The notes beneath the pieces are model-generated. The model did no database searches. It was not told where the DNA came from and saw nothing but the letters and a program-made list of their open reading frames with translations. A stretch of DNA of 64,000 bases from Desulfatiglandales bacterium (lineage in GTDB: Bacteria > Desulfobacterota > DSM-4660 > Desulfatiglandales > Desulfatiglandaceae), in assembly GCA_963662465.1 (NCBI GenBank), contig OY759599.1:7392001-7456000 (forward strand), read 5' to 3'. Made by a program: the position numbers and the translations under genes. Shown in pieces: positions 32,227-40,525 of the stretch. Each line of letters opens with the position of its first letter. Position 1 is the first letter of the stretch.

Positions 32227-32919
32227 ATGGCACGATTGTCGGAAAACACGGAAAGTTATGAGGATAGATTCGCCGAATTCGCCCGTCTTCGCACCATAGA
32301 AGACTGGAAACAGAATTTGTGGCCCTTGACCACTCAGGGGGGGAGCTACGCTTACGGCATCGGTTACATTAGCAACCAAACCTCAGAATTTGATACAGCA
32401 TATGATGATATCACCCGGGCGAGCGCTTCGGATGCTTTACTTGACACGGATCGTGCCGACGATGACTGCTTTTTTCCAAACAAGCAAATTTCAGCCAAGA
32501 GCGAATCCAGGCCTTCAATTGTTGAGGAGTTCGCGCCCTATTTCAGAAAAAAAACCGTAGAGAACGAACTGCGAGGATATCTGCACCTGGAAGAAGGTTG
32601 GAACGGTGCAAACAGTGTCGCGCCACCCGAGCTTGCCGTTGAAAACGCCGTTTTATTTCTTTCCCGTTTTCCTTATGACCTAACGCAACCCACCCCAATG
32701 GTTGCGGCGGATGGTGAGGTTGGCCTCTACTGGCGATATCAAGGTGCATATGTTGAATTGGAGTTTACAGGTGATGGCATCATGTTCGGTTATGGTTGCG
32801 ACCTCCAAGGCAACGAAGCATTCATTGATGATGTGTCGGTGGATTCACACGAAGAAATGGAAGAGGCAATCGGCATTGTATCTAAGATAGTGGCTGAATT
32901 TCCCTTGGACGATGACTAA
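32227..32919 (+). CDS. Acidic hypothetical protein, candidate antitoxin
   Basis: GGAGG RBS; disordered-looking N-half. C-terminal LxxLEEGWNG..SVAP....VENA..FL...P....DGEVGLYW......VELEF motif, seen in small accessory cassettes. Confidence 0.7.
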   Translation: MARLSENTESYEDRFAEFARLRTIEDWKQNLWPLTTQGGSYAYGIGYISNQTSEFDTAYDDITRASASDALLDTDRADDDCFFPNKQISAKSESRPSIVEEFAPYFRKKTVENELRGYLHLEEGWNGANSVAPPELAVENAVLFLSRFPYDLTQPTPMVAADGEVGLYWRYQGAYVELEFTGDGIMFGYGCDLQGNEAFIDDVSVDSHEEMEEAIGIVSKIVAEFPLDDD

Positions 32920-33412
32920 GTCTGTTGATGATGAACAGGTATCTCAAAGTGAGTTTTCGTGCGGTTTTGTCGAAGATGGTGAGGACATTATCCGAATCAT
33001 TGTTCATCCCCATCACATCGAGACAGGGGATATTCAACTAAAAACAGCCGCCTTTCAGCGCATTGAATTGACGGAGAGGGGCGCTTCCATTGAACGTAAG
33101 GCCCTTACCGATCCCATAAAACTCACTCATAGTTCCCAAAAACTTCTCACCAAGGAAGACCGATCCATAGCCGGATATGCACTGGTGGAGTGTTCATCCA
33201 TAAGGGCTGTCGTTGATGAAACGGGAGAACGGATTTTTTGTGTGTTGGATACGGCATTGAAATGCAATCCCGCCCATGGTGATATCTTTTTCGCCAAGGA
33301 ACTTCCCAAATCAAAGCAAGTCAAATATAGAAATGATTTAATAAGCGCCTTCAATAGAAGGCTAAATTCCCACGGTTCATTATACGGGGTGCAAGACATA
33401 TTTGCGCCCTAG
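32912..33412 (+). CDS. Hypothetical protein, candidate ART/RES-fold toxin
   Basis: 8-bp overlap with the previous gene. Pattern E.IIR...AF...GASIER...IR...NPAHGDI gives an Arg/Ser/His arrangement. Confidence 0.6.
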   Translation: MTKSVDDEQVSQSEFSCGFVEDGEDIIRIIVHPHHIETGDIQLKTAAFQRIELTERGASIERKALTDPIKLTHSSQKLLTKEDRSIAGYALVECSSIRAVVDETGERIFCVLDTALKCNPAHGDIFFAKELPKSKQVKYRNDLISAFNRRLNSHGSLYGVQDIFAP

Positions 33413-33429
33413 ACCGTTACCCTTAACGA

Positions 33430-33819
33430 ATGGGAAAAGCTCATAACCGACGCATCCGGAAAACCCAAGCATTTCTGGAGCAAACCATAGACCCGGCTAC
33501 CGGGGAACCCTATCTTAAACCGGTCAAGGTAAGGCTATTTGGCGAAGACCCGGAAGATGCCGTTCCTTTGCCGCCGTATCTCAATGACGCCTATGATTTT
33601 GAGGGGGAGGCCATCGGGATCTATGCGGGCGGTGGAAACTCAGGGATTATACGAAATGGAGAATTCAAGCGGACGTCACGGGATGAAATAAAGCAGAAGG
33701 TGGGAAGAAGCGAACTCCGTTTGCTCCTTGGCACGGACGCGGCCAGTGAAGGGTTGAATCTGCAGCGGTTAGGGACTCTCATCAATTTTGACCTTCCTTT
33801 TTTGGTGTCGTGGCATTAA
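33430..33819 (+). pseudogene. Fragment of a SNF2-like helicase (PLD-helicase type)
   Basis: Helicase C-terminal motif LLLGTDAASEGLNLQRLGTLINFDLP, cut before the expected WNP...EQR.GR motif VI. No N-terminal ATPase lobe. Confidence 0.75.
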
Positions 33820-33825
33820 TGAATG

Positions 33826-35373
33826 CTAACGCTTTTTGAGTTGCTCCCGTTTATCCATTGTTGCCTCCATCTGTTTGTAGACAATGTAGTACTTGAAGAT
33901 GTTGCTCACGTACTGCACCGTCTCCCGGCCAATGACCCTGGCGGTGGCCACTTCCACATTGCCGAACCACAGGTTGGGGTTCAGGCCCATCTTTTTTGTT
34001 TGCTCGCGTAACGCCGTTACCCGGGCCGGACCGGCGTTGTAAGCGGCAAAGGTGAAAAGCATTTTGTTTAATGGGTTCATGGGCGCCTTCTTGTAGTAGC
34101 GGTTGTACAAGAAATGGAGGTATTTGATCCCCGCGTGGATATTGCGGTCCAGCTTATGGATGTTGGTGATGTTGATGGGATCTCCGGCGGCTGTTTTGGG
34201 CAGTATCTGCATTACCCCGACGGCGCCGCGGTCGCTGCGTACGCTCTGGTCCAGGCGCGACTCCTGGTAGCCCAGGGCGGTCACCATCGTATAGTCAAAA
34301 CCGTACTTCCCGGCATATTTGCGGAATAGATCAATGGTCTGGTTGAAGCGCTCGATGTCCTCGGGGCTCAGGGCGTTCCGTGCCCATTTGGTGTTTTCGT
34401 AGTAGCGGTTTGCGATGATGTTGCCCAGGAGCGTCCCGATCTTGACTTCCTTTACGAACCGATCCAGGACTTCCTTTAACTGAGGGCTGTTTTTTCGAAC
34501 CGCCCAGGCGATTTGCTGTCCGCTTTTGAGGACCACGTTTTGATGTACGTTGATTTCCTTGAAAATCCCGGACCAAAAATCAGCCAGATAATTATCCGCC
34601 ACCGTTATGGGGATCAGGTTGGCGTTAACCATCTCCAGGATGTCCTCGGTCTCCAGATTTTCGTTGGCCGGGTTGATTTTTACCGGGGCCTTGCCGCTGC
34701 CGGCGAATTTCTGATTGAGTCGGGTCAGGGTCTCGAAATAGCTGGAGGATTTGCGCACGTACACCGTTTTTCCCGATAGGTCCTCCACACTGTTGATGGG
34801 TGGGGCGCTCGGGCCGGTCACCACCAACTCCCGGGCGTTGGTGTAATAAGGCGTTGCAAAGTCCGCTTTTTTGAGGCGCTTTGGGGTAATGGTCAGGTTG
34901 CCGGCGGCAATGTCCCCAAGGCCCTTGTTCAGGTAGGGAAGCAGCTGGTTCCGTGATACCGGCAAGTATACGATGTTGATTCGGAGATGTTTTTGGGTAG
35001 AGCCCTTTTTTATGAGTTTTTTGTACAGGAATTTCTCAAATTTTTGAAAAATCTCATAGGTAAAACCGCGATTATCGGCGCCGTCCAGGAAGAAATCAGT
35101 TTTGTTGTAAGCGACCAGCACGCGGATGAAACGACGCTCTATCATGCCGTTCAGATCCCCTTTCCAGGGTTCAAGGATCTTTTTCATGGCCGCGTTGTCA
35201 GAGATGGACTGTGCCACGGCTTCTTGCGGCATTCCGGAAAGGCTCAACACCAACGACAGCATGAAAAGGGGAAGAAAAAACATCCGGTGGCCGAAGCCAT
35301 ATAGCCGGGTCCATACAGATTCGCTCTTTTCATGATTGTTTTTCAAATGGTTCACTATAATTTTAACTTTCAC
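33826..35373 (-). CDS. mltF: MltF-like lytic transglycosylase (substrate-binding domain + SLT)
   Basis: GDIAAGNLTITPKR, YQESRL, GAVGVMQI, AAYNAGP, GRETVQYV. True start may be ATG 35283. Confidence 0.85.
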   Translation of the reverse strand: MKVKIIVNHLKNNHEKSESVWTRLYGFGHRMFFLPLFMLSLVLSLSGMPQEAVAQSISDNAAMKKILEPWKGDLNGMIERRFIRVLVAYNKTDFFLDGADNRGFTYEIFQKFEKFLYKKLIKKGSTQKHLRINIVYLPVSRNQLLPYLNKGLGDIAAGNLTITPKRLKKADFATPYYTNARELVVTGPSAPPINSVEDLSGKTVYVRKSSSYFETLTRLNQKFAGSGKAPVKINPANENLETEDILEMVNANLIPITVADNYLADFWSGIFKEINVHQNVVLKSGQQIAWAVRKNSPQLKEVLDRFVKEVKIGTLLGNIIANRYYENTKWARNALSPEDIERFNQTIDLFRKYAGKYGFDYTMVTALGYQESRLDQSVRSDRGAVGVMQILPKTAAGDPINITNIHKLDRNIHAGIKYLHFLYNRYYKKAPMNPLNKMLFTFAAYNAGPARVTALREQTKKMGLNPNLWFGNVEVATARVIGRETVQYVSNIFKYYIVYKQMEATMDKREQLKKR

Positions 35374-35473
35374 TTTCCGTTTTCTCAGGCCATTCGAAGC
35401 ATTTATTGATCCGTGTTCAGTATCCTTCTCGGTAATATTTCTTATCTTTCTTCACGGGTTGTTTATGCCCGGT

Positions 35474-36607
35474 TTAATGATTTTCAGGTGTCTTGGGGAA
35501 GAAGTGCTCCTCGGCGCCTTCTTCTTCAAAAAGTTCCGGATAGAGTTTTTTGGCGCAATCAGGGCAGATGCCGTGGCTGAATTTGGCATCAGAGTGCTTT
35601 CCGATGTAGGCCTCAACTTGATTCCAGTACCCGCGGTCGTCACGGATTTTTTTGCAGGATGCACATATGGGGATCAAACCGCTTAAGGTCTTGACTTTGG
35701 ATAAGGCTTCCTGAAGTTCCGCGATCAGCCTTTCCCGCTCCGCTGCCGCCAGGCGTTTGGCGGTGATATCCTGTCCTGAGCTGAGGACGCCGGTAATGTT
35801 TCCGGATGCATCCGTAAGAATGGTATTGTGCCAGGCGATGATTTTTTCTTTGCCGTCATGGGCAACAACCGGGTTTTCATGGTATTCTTCCGGATCGATG
35901 TTTCCGGCGATCAGGTTTTCAAAGGCTTTGATGGTATCAGGGCGAATATTGTCGGGAACGAAGGTTTCAAACCAGTTTCGGCCGATGATTTCATTTTCTT
36001 CGTAACCCATGACTTCGCAGCCCCTTTGATTGATGAGGGTTAACAGACCCTTCCGGTCAAAGGCGATCAACATGACGCTTGCCGTGTCCAGGTATTTTTG
36101 GGCTCTGTCCCTTTCGATTTTGATGCTTTGGTTTGCCCGCTCCAGTTTCTGAAAATTTCGAGCGTTGGCAATCACCAGGGCGAGTACCGGAGCGGTGGAC
36201 AGGGCGAGATTCTGGTAATGGCGTTTGTGGTTCGCGAACAGGAGCCCATCCAATTCCAGTACGCCAAGGGTCCGGCCGGAATGTTGAATGGCCAGTGCAA
36301 ACCCTTTTTCCAAATCGGTCCAACCGGCATTTCCGGGGAAACCGTGCAGTCGTTTTAATCGCTCATTACTGACGGAAAGGGAAGGGGGGCTGGTTTTGAT
36401 TTTTTCAGGCTTTCCGTCCCTTATGGGAAGGTAGATCAGACTCCGGGGTGCAAAAAGCATGGAGAAGAGTTCCATGATTTTTTGGATGGCAGCCTCTTCA
36501 TCCGTGATGCCGGTCAGTTGCCCCAGCATATCGAAGACCATGGCATACTCGGCCAGTCGCTGGTTGTCGTTGGGCAATGGGGTTTGAGGGAAAGATTTAT
36601 CGGCCAT
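35474..36607 (-). CDS. GAF + PAS/PAC sensory protein with C-terminal Cys/His module
   Basis: GAF-like N-terminus (LGVLELDG...LALVIANAR), PAS (GYEENEIIGRNWF...IAWHN...SSGQDIT), tail LIPICASCKKIRDD...FSHGICPDC. Confidence 0.85.
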   Translation of the reverse strand: MADKSFPQTPLPNDNQRLAEYAMVFDMLGQLTGITDEEAAIQKIMELFSMLFAPRSLIYLPIRDGKPEKIKTSPPSLSVSNERLKRLHGFPGNAGWTDLEKGFALAIQHSGRTLGVLELDGLLFANHKRHYQNLALSTAPVLALVIANARNFQKLERANQSIKIERDRAQKYLDTASVMLIAFDRKGLLTLINQRGCEVMGYEENEIIGRNWFETFVPDNIRPDTIKAFENLIAGNIDPEEYHENPVVAHDGKEKIIAWHNTILTDASGNITGVLSSGQDITAKRLAAAERERLIAELQEALSKVKTLSGLIPICASCKKIRDDRGYWNQVEAYIGKHSDAKFSHGICPDCAKKLYPELFEEEGAEEHFFPKTPENH

Positions 36608-36613
36608 AAGGGC

Positions 36614-37663
36614 TTAAACCCAATCGAGCGGATACCGGCCCCATCGGCGAACCGCTTCGGATATGGCCATCAGAACTTCATGGGGAATCTGCCAGGGGAT
36701 TTCCCCATGGTTGTCTGAGAGGATGAAGCCGCCTCCGGGTCCCGCTTTTTTTATGGCCTCTTTCACGACTGTTTCCGCCTGCTCCGGGGTCCACCGGCGC
36801 ATCTCGATGCCGTTCAGGTTTCCCAGCACCGTCAGGTTGTTCTTTTGGCAGGCGGCTTTGATTTCACCCAGATCCTCAAGCACGCTGATACCCACAATGG
36901 CGGTGCCGGTTTGGGCCACATGGTCGATGATGGGCAGACAGCGCTCCGAGGCAAAATGGGTGGCCGTGGGGCCGTTTATTTGTGCGAGGGTTTTTTTGGC
37001 CACCTGAAATCCGGTCTCTAAATACATATTTGGGGGCGTGATACTGGAAGAAGAGACGGGATCGAAATAGCAGATGGCCGTTGCTCCAGCGCTCAATTGC
37101 GCGTTGGCCCAATCAACGCAGAAAGCTTCATTGATTTTCATCAGGTGTTCAAAAAGATCGCGCCTTTCGTACATGAGTTCGATGTAGCGGTCAAACCCCA
37201 TCTGCATTACGGGCAGTGAGAAGGGACTCATGACCACCCCGATAATGGGGATTTGGTCGCCGGATGTCGTCTTCAGCAGTTCAATGGTTTTTAATACTTG
37301 CAGCAAACATGGGGATTCATAGACGGCAGGGGGGGCAAGGTGCATTATTTCTTCCGGATTACGAATGAAAGGCGTTCCTGAATTGGGGGGACCATCTTCA
37401 AAAAAGATGACTTCACCCCCAAAGGCCTCCACTTCAATGGGGGCATAAAAGAAAGGATACAAGCAATCATGACCGTATTTTTTTTGCATGCGAAGCTGAC
37501 CTTCAACGACATTTTCCGCTTTAGAGAAATATCCTTTGATGGAAAGCCCCAGCTCTTTTGCCCCGTGCAGGGTGAGCAGCAGGAAAAAGGGAACCTGATC
37601 CGGTTCTTTGTGGGAAAGGGCGGTGAGGACTCGGTCCATGGAGGAAAGGGGTTGGTGGTTCAT
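36614..37663 (-). CDS. Uroporphyrinogen decarboxylase / MtaA-CmuA family protein
   Basis: EPDQVP, VEAFGG, SPFSL, AQLSAGA....FDP, VLGNL, GGGFILS: TIM-barrel pattern of methylcobamide methyltransferases. Confidence 0.85.
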   Translation of the reverse strand: MNHQPLSSMDRVLTALSHKEPDQVPFFLLLTLHGAKELGLSIKGYFSKAENVVEGQLRMQKKYGHDCLYPFFYAPIEVEAFGGEVIFFEDGPPNSGTPFIRNPEEIMHLAPPAVYESPCLLQVLKTIELLKTTSGDQIPIIGVVMSPFSLPVMQMGFDRYIELMYERRDLFEHLMKINEAFCVDWANAQLSAGATAICYFDPVSSSSITPPNMYLETGFQVAKKTLAQINGPTATHFASERCLPIIDHVAQTGTAIVGISVLEDLGEIKAACQKNNLTVLGNLNGIEMRRWTPEQAETVVKEAIKKAGPGGGFILSDNHGEIPWQIPHEVLMAISEAVRRWGRYPLDWV

Positions 37664-38331
37664 GAGGGAACTCCCAAAATATTTTCAATAAGGGTAACGG
37701 CATCGGATGCGTCCCGGCACATGGCATCGGCGCCCACTTCTTTCCAAAGGGCGTCGTCCATGCGAAAGGGTGCGCCGCCCACCACAATTTTTATCGGTGG
37801 AACCGCCCCCGTCAGTTTTTCCTTTACTGTTTTGACCTGCAAGGCGGAGGGGAGCATCAGGGCCGAAATGAACAGCAATTCGATGTTATCCCGAAGCGTT
37901 TGGTCAACCAGTTCATCCACATCCATTCGGCCATAATCTTTGAGGTCGTATCCGGATGCCCTCAGGGTTGCCAGGACAATCCGTTTGCCCAGCAGGTGAT
38001 AGTCTTGAAGCACGGCGATGGCCATTTTCGGTTGATGTTTTCGCTCGGGTGCTTCCGCGGGAAGGATTTTTTCCACCAGTTCTTCGCATATGCGGCCCGA
38101 CATGTATACCTGCGACAGGGCGATTCGGCCGGCATTCCAACCCTCTCCGATACGTTCCAGGGTGGGGACAACCATGTGTTCTACCAGTTCCATTGGTGAC
38201 CAGATGTGGCTTGCTTCCATAAACAGATCGCCGGCTCCCAGTCGATCAAGGGAAAGCAGGGCCGCTTCGAACCGGGTTGCCATGTCTTCTGTTTGGGGCA
38301 TGGTTTGGATCCTGATGATTGGGGTTGGCAT
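37660..38331 (-). CDS. Cobalamin (corrinoid)-binding protein
   Basis: B12 cap (LERIGEGW...LSQVYM) plus Rossmann domain with DYHLLGK (DxHxxG), SALM and VVGGAPF. Start could be 38301. Confidence 0.9.
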   Translation of the reverse strand: MPTPIIRIQTMPQTEDMATRFEAALLSLDRLGAGDLFMEASHIWSPMELVEHMVVPTLERIGEGWNAGRIALSQVYMSGRICEELVEKILPAEAPERKHQPKMAIAVLQDYHLLGKRIVLATLRASGYDLKDYGRMDVDELVDQTLRDNIELLFISALMLPSALQVKTVKEKLTGAVPPIKIVVGGAPFRMDDALWKEVGADAMCRDASDAVTLIENILGVPS

Positions 38332-38387
38332 AATCTATTATTATACAGGAATGATAATTTACGGCAACGGAAAAAGCCGATTTTCGA

Positions 38388-40301
38388 TTATTGAAGCGGC
38401 GGTTTGGGATCAGCTTTCCCGATGTCTTTCAGATGTAGCAGCAGGATGCGTCGCACTTCCTCGATGGTCAGGGGATGGCCCTGACAGGAGTGACCGCTTT
38501 TCACAATGAATTCGGATGCCACATAGTCCACATGGGCGCTCTGATATGCCACCACCCCGTCATCCCCTTGGGTCGGGTCTCCATTGCCCTGGACCGCGAT
38601 AATGGAATGGCCTTTGACTCCCGGGGCCAGGGGGATGTTCGCCAGGGCCAGCAGGGATGGATTCTTGGGGCTCATGCTGTCAATGCTGGTGCGGTTTTCC
38701 GTAAAACGCCATTCCTCCGGCACTTCGGCGGCGGCCAGGGCTTTGCCCAGAATTACGGTTTGCTTGACGATATCCACGGGCAGGGACACCAGCCTCCGGA
38801 CCAGGTTGCGAACCCAGTCCCCGGCCAGAAAACTCCCCCTGTGGGGCGTGGAAATGAACACCACCCGGCGCACAAAGGGCAAGGGTGCAAAGACCGCTCT
38901 TTCACGGATCAGTCGGCGCTGTTCGGGCGTCAGATCCAGCTCCGCCAATCCTTTTCCGGTAACGCTTCTGACAATCCTGTCCCCTGTGTCAACGGCGGTC
39001 AGCTTGGTTAAGAGCCCTCCCTGGCTGTGCCCGATGATCACCATATCCTGAAGGGCCTTGTTCCGGCCTTCGGGGTCCAGCCTGGTCACCGTTTGCGTCA
39101 GGGTCTCACGAAACTGATGGGCTGAGAGGCCGATGGTTTTGCCGCTGTCGTAAAAATAAAACCAGAACTGGCAGCGCCAGCGGAGGATCGGGTCCGCCAT
39201 CAGGGTATTGGCCATTTCCGCCCACCAGACCGGGCTGCTGGCGGTTCCGTGAACAAATATGACGGGGATTTGAGCGGGGTTGTAGGGTTTGATAAAGTAG
39301 AGGCCGGTGGGAATGGGGCTCTTGCCCATGAAAAATGCCGCGATGTCCAGGTCCCAGAGGACCGGCTGGTTGAGGTTGTAGGCCAGTTGGGCGCTGAGAT
39401 CGCTTTCAAGGGGGACGAATTTTCCGTCAATTTCCACGCGGGTTCGATCAAAGGGGGCATAAAGTTCCAGTTTCCCTTGCAGCGAACCCTTTTTAAGCGA
39501 TTGAATATTACCCTCAATTCTCATGAGCAGGGTTCCGGGCGAGCTGCGTTTGATGGGCAGTTTGGCAGTTTTTTTGCCTACGGCGATAAAGGCCGTCCCC
39601 AGTCCCGCATCCCGGTTTCGGCGGCTGAGACCATAAATATCCAGCCGGTCCGCGGCAACGACTTTTTCGAAACGATCAGGTGCTACCGGAAAATTTCGGG
39701 CATCAAGGGTCAAATCGATACTTCCGAAGGGCAATTGCCGGGCGCCTGCGTCAAATACCAGGTTCCCTTTGCTATCGGTGATTGCCTCGGCAAGGGCGAT
39801 GTTGTAGATATCGCATGCCAGTCGATAACGCCGATCAAAGGGATTTGCCGGTTTGTTCCGGGTTTCATCGAACAGGTAAAAATAGGCATAGATGGCCGCA
39901 CTAAGGTAATATGCCCTGTTTTCAGGAAGCGGGGTGTCGTCCAGATCTCTCAAAGTGTGTTTTGCTGTAAAATAATTCAGTTCCGCCAGGGCGAACAGGA
40001 GATCCCGCCGATTGTCCTCATTGATTTTCCGGTGAAGTTCATTAAGGCACTTCAGGGGATTTTCCCTGAAAAATTCGCCCATGTTGTAGCGTTGAAGCAC
40101 ATTTTTCGATGTGGCGCTGTATTGTGCGTTCAGCAGTGCATTGGTATTGATCTGTTCATAGGCCTTTCGAAAGCCCACATCTTTTGTACCGATGGCCGCA
40201 CCGCAACTCATTAGAACCAGCCATAAAAGAAGTGCCGAACATAATTTCAAACCGCCCGGCCATATTCGGTTGGTTTCATGGGAATTGAATTTTGTGCGCA
40301 T
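38388..40301 (-). CDS. Alpha/beta-fold lipase/esterase, probable lipoprotein
   Basis: LMSC lipobox-like, FVHGTASS, GHSQGG nucleophile elbow, STPHRGS, DGVV, H. Confidence 0.85.
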   Translation of the reverse strand: MRTKFNSHETNRIWPGGLKLCSALLLWLVLMSCGAAIGTKDVGFRKAYEQINTNALLNAQYSATSKNVLQRYNMGEFFRENPLKCLNELHRKINEDNRRDLLFALAELNYFTAKHTLRDLDDTPLPENRAYYLSAAIYAYFYLFDETRNKPANPFDRRYRLACDIYNIALAEAITDSKGNLVFDAGARQLPFGSIDLTLDARNFPVAPDRFEKVVAADRLDIYGLSRRNRDAGLGTAFIAVGKKTAKLPIKRSSPGTLLMRIEGNIQSLKKGSLQGKLELYAPFDRTRVEIDGKFVPLESDLSAQLAYNLNQPVLWDLDIAAFFMGKSPIPTGLYFIKPYNPAQIPVIFVHGTASSPVWWAEMANTLMADPILRWRCQFWFYFYDSGKTIGLSAHQFRETLTQTVTRLDPEGRNKALQDMVIIGHSQGGLLTKLTAVDTGDRIVRSVTGKGLAELDLTPEQRRLIRERAVFAPLPFVRRVVFISTPHRGSFLAGDWVRNLVRRLVSLPVDIVKQTVILGKALAAAEVPEEWRFTENRTSIDSMSPKNPSLLALANIPLAPGVKGHSIIAVQGNGDPTQGDDGVVAYQSAHVDYVASEFIVKSGHSCQGHPLTIEEVRRILLLHLKDIGKADPKPPLQ

Positions 40302-40525
40302 GGGGTTACCTCAATTTGCTGATGTTTGGGGCATATTCCGTAAAAAAAAATCTTTCCATACGATGTCCAAAAATCATTAATAAATAGACACTATCCTAAC
40401 AGATGGTGTATACAGGTGAAATTCAAGTATGTCGGTTTCGAGGGCATTAAAGTTTAACAGAAATACTATCTGAGGTCGCTTAAAATTATCAATCTTTTAT
40501 TTTAGAAAATTTTCTCAGGCCTAAA

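Noticed and set aside
39249..40214. 321-aa plus-strand ORF (likewise 8760-9593, 10375-11148, 54351-55079, 63174-63968)
   Set aside because: Each lies opposite a well-supported gene and lacks protein-family motifs.
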